A DNA stretch of 64,000 nucleotides from an uncultured delta proteobacterium (GTDB taxonomy: Bacteria; Myxococcota_A; Polyangia; Polyangiales; B10-G4): positions 352,001 to 416,000 of the forward strand of contig CAVSGI010000015.1 of assembly GCA_963727445.1 (NCBI GenBank). The letters are read 5' to 3'. Of this stretch, positions 30,874-41,561 are shown in pieces. Position 1 is the stretch's first letter, and each line of letters starts with the position of its first letter. The position numbers and the translations under genes were made by a program. Below the pieces are notes generated by a model. That model saw only the letters and a program-made list of their open reading frames with translations, was not told where the DNA came from and did no database searches.

Positions 30874-31716
30874 ATGGACGACACCACACAGCTCTTTCAA
30901 TTCCTGAAGCCGGGTGGCGTGCTCCCCGCCGCGCTCGTGATCGTCGTCACCTGGCTCGCCGCGCGGACGTTGACCCGCTTCGCCGAGGGGCTCGGCGCTC
31001 GCTTCACCCAGCGCCGGCTCTTTCTCAACCAGGGCGCCACCATCATCCGCCTGGTGCTCTACTTCATCGCAGCGATCGTCGTCGTCGCGCTGGTGCTCGA
31101 CCTCTCCCGGGAAGCGTGGCTGGCGGCTGGCGGCACGCTCGCGGTCGCGCTCGGCTTCGCGTTCAAGGACTTCGCCGCATCCATCGTCGCAGGGGTCATG
31201 ATCCTCGTCGATCGACCGTTTCAGGTGGGCGATCGCATCACCTTCGGCGAGCACTACGGCGAGGTGCGCCAGATCGGTCTGCGCACCGTACGCGTCGTCA
31301 CCCTCGACGACAGCGTGGTCACCATTCCGAACAACAAGTTCCTCATCGACCCCGTGACCTCTGGCAACGCGGGCGCCCTCGACATGATGATCGAGATGAG
31401 CTTTCACGTGGGCGTCGACCAGAACCTCGACGTCGCCATGCGCATCGTCCGTGACGCGCTGACCTCGAGTCGCTACGCCTACATCGAAAAGCCGTGGCAG
31501 ATCGTGGTCTCGGAGATCATCCAGGACGGCTACTTCGCGCTTTGTCTCACGGCGAAGGCGTACGTCCTCGACGTGCAGTACGAGAAGGCGTTTCAGACCG
31601 ACGTGACCGCGCGCGTTCATCGCGCCTTCCGCGAGGAGGGGATCCGTCCTCCCTCCGTTCTTCACCGCGGCATCGGCGAAGGTCGGGCGCGCCCGCAGAA
31701 GATAGAGGCCGCTTGA
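30874..31716 (+). CDS. MscS-family mechanosensitive channel
   Basis: ALGFAFKD, DRPFQVGDRI, GEVRQIGLRT and IPNNKF motifs. Confidence 0.9.
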   Translation: MDDTTQLFQFLKPGGVLPAALVIVVTWLAARTLTRFAEGLGARFTQRRLFLNQGATIIRLVLYFIAAIVVVALVLDLSREAWLAAGGTLAVALGFAFKDFAASIVAGVMILVDRPFQVGDRITFGEHYGEVRQIGLRTVRVVTLDDSVVTIPNNKFLIDPVTSGNAGALDMMIEMSFHVGVDQNLDVAMRIVRDALTSSRYAYIEKPWQIVVSEIIQDGYFALCLTAKAYVLDVQYEKAFQTDVTARVHRAFREEGIRPPSVLHRGIGEGRARPQKIEAA

Positions 31717-32330
31717 GCGAGCTCGACTTCGTCCGCGAAGCGTCGGCGCTCCGCGCCTCGCTGGTGTCGGGGCGGGGGCACTACGAGTCGGTGATCGAGG
31801 CGGTGCGGAGCGCCGAGATCAGCGTCTGGATCGCGACCGCCAACCTGAAGGAGCTGATGGTCGAGGACCATCGACTCATACCCGGCCGCCGCCGCACCCG
31901 CGGGCGCAGCGGCTATCGCTCCATCATCGAGGAGCTGGGCGAGCTCGCCGCTTCGGGCGTCGAGATCCGAGTCCTGCACGCCTCGCTGCCTTCGCGCGCG
32001 TTCCGGCGCACCTTCGATCGCCTCCCCGAGGAAGCGTCGCAGGGCATCGAGCTTCGGCCCTGCCCCCGCAACCATCTCAAGGTCGTCATCGTGGACGGCG
32101 CCTTCATGTACTTCGGCTCGGCCAATTGGACGGGCGCCGGGCTCGGCGCCAAGGGTGAAGGGCGTCGCAACTTCGAGCTCGGGATCGTCACCGACGACGA
32201 GGAGTGGCTCGACGAGGTTCAGAGCATCTACGAACGGATCTGGCGCGGTGGCCCATGCGCGGGCTGTCGCCTGCAGTCGGAGTGCGAGATGCCCATCGCC
32301 GAGCTCGAGCGCCTCCGCGCCGCCGGTTGA
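31713..32330 (+). CDS. Single-domain phospholipase D-like protein
   Basis: HLKVVIVD (HKD), GSANWT and NFELG; C-terminal CxxC..C; TTG start overlaps the MscS stop. Confidence 0.8.
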   Translation: MSELDFVREASALRASLVSGRGHYESVIEAVRSAEISVWIATANLKELMVEDHRLIPGRRRTRGRSGYRSIIEELGELAASGVEIRVLHASLPSRAFRRTFDRLPEEASQGIELRPCPRNHLKVVIVDGAFMYFGSANWTGAGLGAKGEGRRNFELGIVTDDEEWLDEVQSIYERIWRGGPCAGCRLQSECEMPIAELERLRAAG

Positions 32331-32362
32331 CACGACACCGGAGCTACGCGAAAGAGCACGCG

Positions 32363-33754
32363 ATGGCCGGGGGCGACAGCGACGAAGGGACGCCGAGAGT
32401 GGAGGCCCGGGCTTCGATCGCGGACAGGGTCCTGCGAATCTTCTCCGACGTCCGTGCGGGTGAGTCGCCGACCGTCCTGCTCCTCACCCTCAACCTCTTC
32501 GTCCCCCTCGTCAGCTACTACATCCTCAAGGTCCTGCGCGAGGCGCTGATCGAGGATGCGGTGGCCGCGTCCTACGCCACCGGCGCCCAGGCGCTGCTCC
32601 TGATGATCGTCATCCCCGCCTACGGCTGGTTTGCGTCGAAGGTGAACCGCAACTGGTTGATCCTGGGGGTCGTCCTCTTCTTCGTCGCGTGTCTCGAGCT
32701 CTTCTTCTTCGGAAAACTCGCAGGCTTGTCCATCGGCTTCGCCTTCTTCGTCTGGCTGGGGATCTTCAGTCTGATGATCATCAGCCAGTTCTGGGCTTTC
32801 GCGAACGACATCTACGACAAGGATTCGGGCGATCGCCTCTTTCCAGTGATCGCCGTGGGCCAGACGGTGGGCGCTTTCGTGGGCGCGCAAGTCGGTGGCC
32901 TCAAGTCGCTCTCGATCCCGGTGCTCTTCCAGATCACGGCGGGCCTGCTCCTGCTCCACCTCGTCCTCTACTGGATCCTCAACAAGAGGCCCGACGTCTC
33001 ACCCAAGGGCGGGAAGGCCGAAAAGAAGCTGAAGGGCGCCGGCGGCTTCGCGCTCGTCGCCAAGAGCCCCTACCTGCGTCTGGTCGCGCTGCTCTTCCTG
33101 CTCTTGAACCTCGTGAACACCACCGGTGAGTACATCTTGCGCGACGCGGTTCTCGAGCGCGCCGACGAAACGGTGCAGGAGATGGAACAGAGCGATCCCA
33201 CCCTCGCCGCCGACGAGGAGCGGCGACAGGCGATCATCACGCGGGAGCGAAAGGCGTTCTACGGAGATTTCTTCTCCGTGGTGAACGTCCTCGCCATCTT
33301 GATCCAGGCCTTCGTCGTGAGTCGGATCGTGAAGTTCTTCGGGATGCGAGGGGTGCTCTTCACACTGCCCTTGATCGCGCTCGCCTCCTACGGATCGGTC
33401 GCCCTCGGCGCGGGCTTCATGGCTCTCAGATGGGCGAAGACCGCCGAGAATTCGACCGACTACTCGGTGATGAACACCGGTCGAGCACTCTTGTGGCTGC
33501 CCACCGATCGCGACGAGAAGTACAAGGCCAAGCAGACCATCGACGCCTTCATCGTGCGGGTCGGCGACCTCGCCTCGGCGGGCCTGGTCTTCTTCGGCAC
33601 CCAGGAGCTCGAGCTGTCGCGCCGGGGCTTCGCATCCGCCAACGTGCTGCTCATCGCCGTCTGGCTCGGCATGACCTATCTGGTGATGCGCGAGTTCCGT
33701 TCGCTCGCCGAAGCGCAGCAGATCGACGTCAAAGCGGCCGCCCAGAAGAAGTGA
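32363..33754 (+). CDS. Npt1/Npt2 (NTT, ADP/ATP carrier-like) nucleotide transporter family
   Basis: YYILKVLREAL, SQFWAFANDIY, ENSTDYS and EKYKAKQTID...RVGD motifs. Confidence 0.8.
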   Translation: MAGGDSDEGTPRVEARASIADRVLRIFSDVRAGESPTVLLLTLNLFVPLVSYYILKVLREALIEDAVAASYATGAQALLLMIVIPAYGWFASKVNRNWLILGVVLFFVACLELFFFGKLAGLSIGFAFFVWLGIFSLMIISQFWAFANDIYDKDSGDRLFPVIAVGQTVGAFVGAQVGGLKSLSIPVLFQITAGLLLLHLVLYWILNKRPDVSPKGGKAEKKLKGAGGFALVAKSPYLRLVALLFLLLNLVNTTGEYILRDAVLERADETVQEMEQSDPTLAADEERRQAIITRERKAFYGDFFSVVNVLAILIQAFVVSRIVKFFGMRGVLFTLPLIALASYGSVALGAGFMALRWAKTAENSTDYSVMNTGRALLWLPTDRDEKYKAKQTIDAFIVRVGDLASAGLVFFGTQELELSRRGFASANVLLIAVWLGMTYLVMREFRSLAEAQQIDVKAAAQKK

Positions 33755-33757
33755 CGG

Positions 33758-34297
33758 TCAGCCCTCGATCGGCGTCCCCTCGCCGCCGTTGGGGTGACAA
33801 GCGAAGCAGCCGAAGCCCTCGCCCGTCTCTGCATCGAAGCGCTCTTGTCCGAGCATCGTGCGCATGGCCGGGACCACGTCCCGGAACATGAAATTCACCA
33901 TCGGGCGCATGTCGTTGACCATCTCGAGCTGCTCCTGCGAGCCGGTCTTGTAGAGGGTGAAGATGGTCGGGTTGGGCATCTCGTAGTCGCGCTCCTGCGC
34001 GTTTTCGCCGTGACAGCCCTCGCACCCGAACCCGGCGAAGCGCTCGGCGTCGTAACCCTCGAAGAGCTCCGCCATCCGCGGCGTCACCTCGAGCGCCATC
34101 CAGGCCTTCTTGTCGTCGAAGGACATCTCCGCCCAGGGCGTGGGGGGCGACGGGATGGTGTCCTCGCCGCCGGCGGTCGAGGTGTCGGTGGTGGTCTCGG
34201 ACTCGGCGGCTTCTTCTTCGGGAGTGGGCTCGGCCCCGCCGCAGCCGGCGGCAAAGGCCAGTGCGAATAGAGCTGTCGGGATCTTCGCGTTCGTCAT
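33758..34297 (-). CDS. Diheme cytochrome c lipoprotein
   Basis: Lipobox AAGC; CEGCH and CFACH. Confidence 0.75.
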   Translation of the reverse strand: MTNAKIPTALFALAFAAGCGGAEPTPEEEAAESETTTDTSTAGGEDTIPSPPTPWAEMSFDDKKAWMALEVTPRMAELFEGYDAERFAGFGCEGCHGENAQERDYEMPNPTIFTLYKTGSQEQLEMVNDMRPMVNFMFRDVVPAMRTMLGQERFDAETGEGFGCFACHPNGGEGTPIEG

Positions 34298-34370
34298 CTC
34301 TGCCTCGTGCGCGCCCTATGCTCTAACACCGGGCAACGTTTCACCCGAAAGACAAAAATCGGCGCCGTGT

Positions 34371-35189
34371 CTATTTCGCCCGCGGGTCCAGGCGATCGCG
34401 GAGCCAATCGCCGGCGAGGTTGAAGCCCAGGACCGTGACGGCGATGGCCCCGCCGGCGAAGAGCGCGACGTGGGGAAAGCGCAGAAGCACCGAGCTGCCT
34501 TGATCGAGGAGCGCGCCCCAGGAGGCGCCGGTGCCCGGGCCGAGGCCGAGGAAGCTGAGCGTGGACTCGGCGAGGATCACCACGCCGAGACCCGCCGTGG
34601 CCTGCACCACCAGGGGACCTGCGAGGTTGGGGAGGACGTGGCGGACGAGGATGCGGCTCTGGCTCATGCCGAGGGCGCGCGCGGCCTGGATGTACTCGCG
34701 CTCGCGAATGGTGAAGGTCTGCGCGCGGGCGATGCGCGCATAGAGGACCCAGCCGTTCACAGCGAGGGCGAAGACCAGGTGACTGATGCCGGGCCGGGCG
34801 ACCAGGGCGAGGATGGCGATGTTCAACAGGATGGCCGGGAAGGCCTGGAGAAGATCGGCGATGCCGGTGACGACGTGGTCGGCGATGCCGGCGCGGTAGC
34901 CGGCGATGGCGCCGAGGGTGGTGCCGAGGGCGACAGAGATGCCGACGACCAACAGGCTCACCATGCCTCCGAGGCGCGCGCCGTGGAGGAGCACCGAGAG
35001 GATGTCGACGCCGTTGTCCGCGGTGCCGAGGAGGTGGCTGGCCGAGGGCAGCTCGTACTGGTGGTGGAGGTCGATGGCGGCCGGGTCGTGGGGCGCGATC
35101 CACGGACCCAGGAGCGCCAGGAGCCAGAAGCCGGCGACGATCACGACGCCCAGGGGCACGCGCCGGAGCCCCGCCAGGCGCGCCCTCAC
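34371..35189 (-). CDS. Peptide/nickel ABC transporter permease (DppC/OppC type)
   Basis: HLLGTADNGVD, EAA-like EYIQAARALG, LSFLGLG. Confidence 0.9.
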   Translation of the reverse strand: MRARLAGLRRVPLGVVIVAGFWLLALLGPWIAPHDPAAIDLHHQYELPSASHLLGTADNGVDILSVLLHGARLGGMVSLLVVGISVALGTTLGAIAGYRAGIADHVVTGIADLLQAFPAILLNIAILALVARPGISHLVFALAVNGWVLYARIARAQTFTIREREYIQAARALGMSQSRILVRHVLPNLAGPLVVQATAGLGVVILAESTLSFLGLGPGTGASWGALLDQGSSVLLRFPHVALFAGGAIAVTVLGFNLAGDWLRDRLDPRAK

Positions 35190-36127
35190 GACGAGAGCCT
35201 CACGCGCGGATCGACGACGACGTAGAGCAGATCGACGAGCAGGTTCACGCTCACGTAGATCACGGCGATCACCAGGACGCAGCCTTGCACCACCGGGATG
35301 TCGCGATCGAAGAAGGCCTCGAGGAAGAGGGTGCCGAGACCGCGTCGCTCGAAGATCTTCTCCGCGATGACGGTGCCCGAGAGGAGCGCCCCGAGCTGCG
35401 CGGCGCCGACCGTCATGACCGGCAGGAGCGCGTTGCGGAGCGCGTGGCGCAAGATGACGGCGCTCCTCGACAGGCCGCGTGCGCGCGCCGCGAGGATGTA
35501 CTGCTCGGAGAGCACCTCGACCATCGAGCCGCGGGTCTGCCGCGTGAGGACGGCGGCGAGCGCGGTGCCAATGGTGATCGCGGGCAGGATCAGGGCGACC
35601 GCGCCCGCTTCGTCGTCGCCCGGTAGGGGGAGCCAGCGGAGCTCGACACCGAAGAGGAGGATCAACAGCGGGCCGAGCCAGATGTTGGGGATGGCGATGC
35701 CGAGCATCGCGAAGGTGGTGGCGGAGGTGTCCCAGGCGGAGCCGCGTCTGGCGGCGGCGATGGAGCCGAGCGGCACCGCGAGGGCCCAGGCCACGAGCAG
35801 GGCGGCGAGGGCCAGGACCACCGTGTCCGGGAGCACCTCGGTGATCAGCGTGGCGACGGTGGTGTCGCGGCGCCGAAAGGACGTGCCGAGGGTTCCATTG
35901 GCCACGTCGCCGACGAAGGAGAGGTACTGCTCGGCGAAGGGGCGATCGAGGTGGAGCGCGCGCCGCAGCTCGGCCCGATCCTCGGGCGATGCCTGGTCGC
36001 CGAGGATGGCGTCGATGGGATCGCCTGGGACGAGGCGCACCAGGAGGAAGACGAGGGTGACGACGCCGAGCACGGTGAGCGCCGCGCGAACGATCCGCTC
36101 AGCGACGTAGCGCGGCCCTCCGTCCAT
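35186..36127 (-). CDS. Peptide/nickel ABC transporter permease (DppB/OppB type)
   Basis: LVPGDP, YILAARARGL, HALRNALLP and RDIPVVQG motifs. Confidence 0.9.
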   Translation of the reverse strand: MDGGPRYVAERIVRAALTVLGVVTLVFLLVRLVPGDPIDAILGDQASPEDRAELRRALHLDRPFAEQYLSFVGDVANGTLGTSFRRRDTTVATLITEVLPDTVVLALAALLVAWALAVPLGSIAAARRGSAWDTSATTFAMLGIAIPNIWLGPLLILLFGVELRWLPLPGDDEAGAVALILPAITIGTALAAVLTRQTRGSMVEVLSEQYILAARARGLSRSAVILRHALRNALLPVMTVGAAQLGALLSGTVIAEKIFERRGLGTLFLEAFFDRDIPVVQGCVLVIAVIYVSVNLLVDLLYVVVDPRVRLSS

Positions 36128-36174
36128 CCTCCCGGCTTACCAAACGAGCCAGAAACCCAGAAGTTCCCGACGGT

Positions 36175-36579
36175 CTACTGGGCGGCGCAGAAGGTGCGGT
36201 TGGGCTGGTCGACGTCGATGGTGGTGGCGATGGGCAGGTCATTGCCCGGCTCGACCTCGAAATTGCCGAGGTCCTCGGCGCTGACGCAGCTGTAGCCGTC
36301 CTGCTCGCGGCAGTCGGAGTCCTGCTCGCAGACCTTCATGCACCACGCCTGGGCGAGGCGGCTCGGGGTCGGCCGGAAGCGCACGCAGACGCCGTTGTCC
36401 GGGCAGGTGTCCGCCTCACAGCCCTGAATCGTGCAGTAGCCGTTGGGCTGTGCGTTGTCGCAAATGCGATCCCCGTTGACCGAGCAGTTCACCGAGGTGC
36501 TGCAGGAATCCCCGATCACGGGGGCGCAGCCCGTGGCGACGACGGCGGCCAAGAGGGCGATGACGAGGACGGGACGCAT
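36175..36579 (-). CDS. Small Cys-rich lipoprotein
   Basis: Lipobox ATGC and about 12 further Cys. Confidence 0.7.
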   Translation of the reverse strand: MRPVLVIALLAAVVATGCAPVIGDSCSTSVNCSVNGDRICDNAQPNGYCTIQGCEADTCPDNGVCVRFRPTPSRLAQAWCMKVCEQDSDCREQDGYSCVSAEDLGNFEVEPGNDLPIATTIDVDQPNRTFCAAQ

Positions 36580-36678
36580 GAGCGGGCGGAGCATAGCGGT
36601 CCGCGAGCTTTCGGCAACAGCACCCGTTTCCGAGCATTTCTGCGGAATCCGCCCTCTTGGTTTAACGTTCGTGCCCAC

Positions 36679-38850
36679 GTGCGCTGGCTCTCCATCCTCA
36701 CCTGCCTCGTTCTAGCGCCCCTCTTCGCGTCCGGGCGAGCCTCGGCGCAGGGCGATCCCCTCGGCGCCGTGGCCGAACGGGTGCGCGTGGGGGACGACGC
36801 CGGCGCCCTGGCCCGCCTCGACCGGGTGACGGGCGAAGCGCGTGAGAGCGTTCGCGCGCGCTATCTCGAAGGGCGCCTCGCCGCGCGCCTGGGCGATCAT
36901 CCGCGCGCGCTCCACGCCTGGGCGAGCATCACCAGTGGGCTGCCCGACGCGGTCGCGGCGGATCTGGCGTATCGGCGCGCCGTCTCTCAGGCTGCGGTGG
37001 GACGGTGCGAGGACGCGCGCCCCGTCTTCGAGCGGGTGGGCGCCGAACGAGGGCGCCGCGCCGCGCTCGCCCGCGCCCGCGCCGCCGAGTGTCTCCTCGC
37101 CGAAGGCGCGCTCGCCGAAGCGGTCGGCGCGCTCGGGCGCGTGGCGCAGGAGGACGCGGTGGGCGTCGACACCTTCGCGGTGCGCCTCTCGCTCGCGGAT
37201 GCGCATCACCGCGGCGGTGATGACAGCGCGGCGGCCGCCGAGCTCCGCGCCCTGCTCATCGACCGTCCCGAGCATCCCGACGCCGACGCCGTGGTCGCAC
37301 AGCTTCGGGCCCTCGGCGCTCCCTTCACGCCCACGCCGGAGGAGCGCTTCGCGCGTGCGACGCGCTTCCACGAGCAGCGCATGCATCGCGAGGCCGTCGC
37401 CGAGCTCGACGCCGCGGGCGCGGTCCCATCGGGCCGCGCCCTTCGCGCGCGTTGGCTGCACCTGCGCGGGATGGCGCTCTTCAAGACGCGTCACGACTAT
37501 CCGGAGGCCGCGGAGGTGCTGGCGCAGGCCGCCCGTCTCGGTGGGCCCACGGCGCCCGAAGACGAATTTCACGCCGCGCGTGCCCTGTCGCGCGCCGACC
37601 AGGACGCGCGCGCCATCACCAGCTATCGGCGCTTCGCGCGCCGTCACCGCGGCCATCCCCTCGCGACCCAGGCGGAGTTCCTCGCAGCGTGGCTCGAGCT
37701 CCGCCACGGGCGGCGGAGCGGCGAAGCGTCGATGGCGCGCTTCGTTCGCAGCCGCGGCGCGCGCGGGACGAGCTTCGCCCGCTCCGCGACCTTCGAGCTG
37801 GGCCTCTCCGCCTACGAGCATGGTCGTTTCAGCCTCGCCGCCCGCCGCTTCGAGGAGCACGCCGCCATGGGGCAGGACGCGCTGGTGCGCGGCCGGGGGC
37901 TCTACTGGGCCGGTCGGGCGCACGCGCGGGCCGGCGCCCGGCGCTCTGCGATCGCGCGGCTTCGGGAAGCGATCCGGGTCGAGCCGCTGCATTACTACGC
38001 GTTGTTGGCGCGCCAGCGGCTGGTGGCGCTGGGCGAGGATCCGGGCGACCCCTTCGAGGAGGCCGAGGACCGAGAGGCGCTCGAGCCCCTGCCCATGACG
38101 ACCCTGCCGGAAGAGGTGCGCTTCTATTCGCGCCTCGGCCTGCGAAGCGACGCCGCGGAGGCGCTGCGTGAGCAGGAGAGCAGCGTGCGCGACGCGCAGC
38201 CCGACGGGCGTGGTCTCGAAGGGCTGGTGGCGGCCTACACGCGCCTCGGCGAGGTGGCGCGCCCCTACCGTCTGGTGGTCAGCGCCGAGCGCGACGAGCT
38301 GGCGCGGCGCCCCGACGCCTTCAACGCGTGGATCTGGCGCGCCGCCTATCCCGAAGCCTTCCGATCACAGGTCGAGCCGGCGGCGCGGGCGCAGGGGCTC
38401 GAGCCCGAGTACCTGTGGGCGATCATGCGCCAGGAGAGCGGATACGAGCCCGAGGCGGTGTCCTATGCGGACGCGATCGGCCTCTTGCAGATGCTGCCGG
38501 CGACCACGCGCCGGGTCGCCGAAGGTCTCGGCGTCCCCTTCAGCCGCGAGCTCCTCTTCGACCCGGCCTGGAACGCGCGCTTCGCAGCGCAGTACAACGC
38601 CACCCTGAAGAGGCGCTTCGGCGTCCCTCTGAGCTTCGCCGCCTTCAACGGCGGCGGCCATCGCGTCGAAGCCTGGCTCGACGAGCGCGCCCCCATGGAC
38701 TTCGACCTCTTCGTCGAACGCATCGGCATCACCCAGACGAAGAACTACATCCGCCGGGTGACCTCACACTATGCCCGCTACCTCTACCTGAAGGACCCCG
38801 ACGCCGGCTGGCCGCTCGAGCTGCCCGATCAGGTCGAGCCGCTGGACTGA
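36679..38850 (+). CDS. slt: Soluble lytic murein transglycosylase with TPR-like repeats
   Basis: IMRQES, AIGLLQMLPAT, AFNGG and TKNYIRRV SLT motifs. Confidence 0.85.
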   Translation: MRWLSILTCLVLAPLFASGRASAQGDPLGAVAERVRVGDDAGALARLDRVTGEARESVRARYLEGRLAARLGDHPRALHAWASITSGLPDAVAADLAYRRAVSQAAVGRCEDARPVFERVGAERGRRAALARARAAECLLAEGALAEAVGALGRVAQEDAVGVDTFAVRLSLADAHHRGGDDSAAAAELRALLIDRPEHPDADAVVAQLRALGAPFTPTPEERFARATRFHEQRMHREAVAELDAAGAVPSGRALRARWLHLRGMALFKTRHDYPEAAEVLAQAARLGGPTAPEDEFHAARALSRADQDARAITSYRRFARRHRGHPLATQAEFLAAWLELRHGRRSGEASMARFVRSRGARGTSFARSATFELGLSAYEHGRFSLAARRFEEHAAMGQDALVRGRGLYWAGRAHARAGARRSAIARLREAIRVEPLHYYALLARQRLVALGEDPGDPFEEAEDREALEPLPMTTLPEEVRFYSRLGLRSDAAEALREQESSVRDAQPDGRGLEGLVAAYTRLGEVARPYRLVVSAERDELARRPDAFNAWIWRAAYPEAFRSQVEPAARAQGLEPEYLWAIMRQESGYEPEAVSYADAIGLLQMLPATTRRVAEGLGVPFSRELLFDPAWNARFAAQYNATLKRRFGVPLSFAAFNGGGHRVEAWLDERAPMDFDLFVERIGITQTKNYIRRVTSHYARYLYLKDPDAGWPLELPDQVEPLD

Positions 38851-38898
38851 GCCCCCTGGGAGAAGGCTCGTGCGGCGAGCCGGGAGTGCTGCGAAGCG

Positions 38899-39963
<1,065 letters not shown>

Positions 39964-40104
39964 TCGGCCCGTCACCCTAACCGACCCCGAGGACCCGGTC
40001 CTCGCAATTCGGTCGAAAATCGCCGATCCGCAAAGATCGCCGGATCTCTCGTTGACGTGCGAGTTGCGGATATCCTAGTTTTTCTCCTCGGTCTCGGCGA
40101 CGAC

Positions 40105-40965
40105 ATGGACATCATTTCGCACGGGGTGTCGGACGTTGGGCTGCAGCGGGAGCATAACGAGGATAGCTTCTGCATACTGCCCGAGTTCGAGCTGTACATC
40201 GTCGCGGACGGCATGGGCGGCCATAAGGCCGGTGATGTCGCCAGCAAGATGGCGACGCATGCCATCGCTTCCTTCTTCCAGGCGACCGCGTCCGAGGACG
40301 CGACCTGGCCGTTCCACTTCGACCCGCACCTGTCGGTCGACGAGAACCGGCTGATCACCGGCATCAAGGTCGCCAACAAGAAGATCTTCGAAGCGTCGGC
40401 CCGGCACTCGGACGTGCAGGGGATGGGGACCACCGTCGTCGGTGCGCTCTTCTCGAAGTCGCAGAACAAGGTCTACGTCGCCCACGTCGGCGACAGTCGC
40501 TGTTATCGGGTGCGCGACGACGAGATCACGCTCCTCACCCGCGACCACTCGCTGGTGAACGACTATCTGCTGGTCATGCCGGACATGACGCAGGAGCAGA
40601 AGGACGAGCTCCCGAAGAACGTCATCACCCGCGCCCTCGGCATGCAGGACACGGTGGTGGTCGACCTGGTCCCCGAGCAGCCGAAGCCGGGCGACTACTA
40701 CGTGCTCTGCTCGGACGGCCTGAGCGGGATGATCACCGACGAAACCATCAAGCAGGCCATCGACGAGAGCGACGGTGTCGAAGGGGCCGCCAAGAAGCTG
40801 GTGGAGTTGGCCAACGCGGCTGGCGGCGAGGACAACATCACGGTCGTCGTGGTCCAGGTCGCCGAAGGCATTGCTGCAAAGAGCGGCGCCGACGGGGCCG
40901 ATGGCGCCGATGACGCGCCGAATGGCGGGGACGACGACGCCGAGGAAGAGCACACCTCGGACTGA
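40105..40965 (+). CDS. PP2C-type Ser/Thr phosphatase (Stp1/Pph1-like)
   Basis: REHNED, VADGMGGH, GMGTT, HVGDSR, LCSDGL and GGEDNIT motifs. Confidence 0.93.
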   Translation: MDIISHGVSDVGLQREHNEDSFCILPEFELYIVADGMGGHKAGDVASKMATHAIASFFQATASEDATWPFHFDPHLSVDENRLITGIKVANKKIFEASARHSDVQGMGTTVVGALFSKSQNKVYVAHVGDSRCYRVRDDEITLLTRDHSLVNDYLLVMPDMTQEQKDELPKNVITRALGMQDTVVVDLVPEQPKPGDYYVLCSDGLSGMITDETIKQAIDESDGVEGAAKKLVELANAAGGEDNITVVVVQVAEGIAAKSGADGADGADDAPNGGDDDAEEEHTSD

Positions 40966-41000
40966 GCGTTCGCCCCGCCCGACGAACCTCAGGGAGAGAG

Positions 41001-41516
41001 ATGGGAAAGTTCACGGTACGCCACGTCTTCGACGTCGACGTCGACACGTTCTGGAATGAGGTCTTCTTCGACCCGGAGTACAACGAGCGGCTCTTCCGCG
41101 AAGAGCTCGGCTTCATCTACGAGCTGATCGAGCTGAAGAAGAACGACGACGGTAGCTACGATCGGAAGGTTCGGACCGAGCCGAAGACCGAAGCGCCCGC
41201 GGCGGTGAAGAAGCTGGTGGGTGACAAGTTCAGCTATCTCGAGGAGGGGCACTTCGATCCGAAGACGCGCCTCTGGAAATACACCGTCACGCCGTCCGCG
41301 CTCCCGAACAAGATCCACATCAGTGGCGTGTTCCGCGCCGAGCCCAAGGGCGAAAAGCAGCTCACGCGGATCGTCGACACCGATCTCGAGGTGAAGATTT
41401 TCGGTGTGGGGAAAATCGTCGAGGCCTTCGTCGAGAAGGAGACGAAGGAGAGCTACGACAAGGCGCAGCGCTTCACCAACCGCTGGCTGCGCGAAAAAGG
41501 CTTCGCCTCCGATTGA
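41001..41516 (+). CDS. DUF2505/SRPBCC-like protein
   Basis: GGAG RBS; START-like length and pattern, 'VKIFGVGKIVE'. Confidence 0.6.
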   Translation: MGKFTVRHVFDVDVDTFWNEVFFDPEYNERLFREELGFIYELIELKKNDDGSYDRKVRTEPKTEAPAAVKKLVGDKFSYLEEGHFDPKTRLWKYTVTPSALPNKIHISGVFRAEPKGEKQLTRIVDTDLEVKIFGVGKIVEAFVEKETKESYDKAQRFTNRWLREKGFASD

Positions 41517-41561
41517 TTGAGAGGTGCGCATCGGAGATCATCGGCGTTCGGAGGAACCCCG

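Noticed and set aside
34338..34351. Second parS-like site GTTTCACCCGAAAG
   Set aside because: Three mismatches, including the central palindrome.
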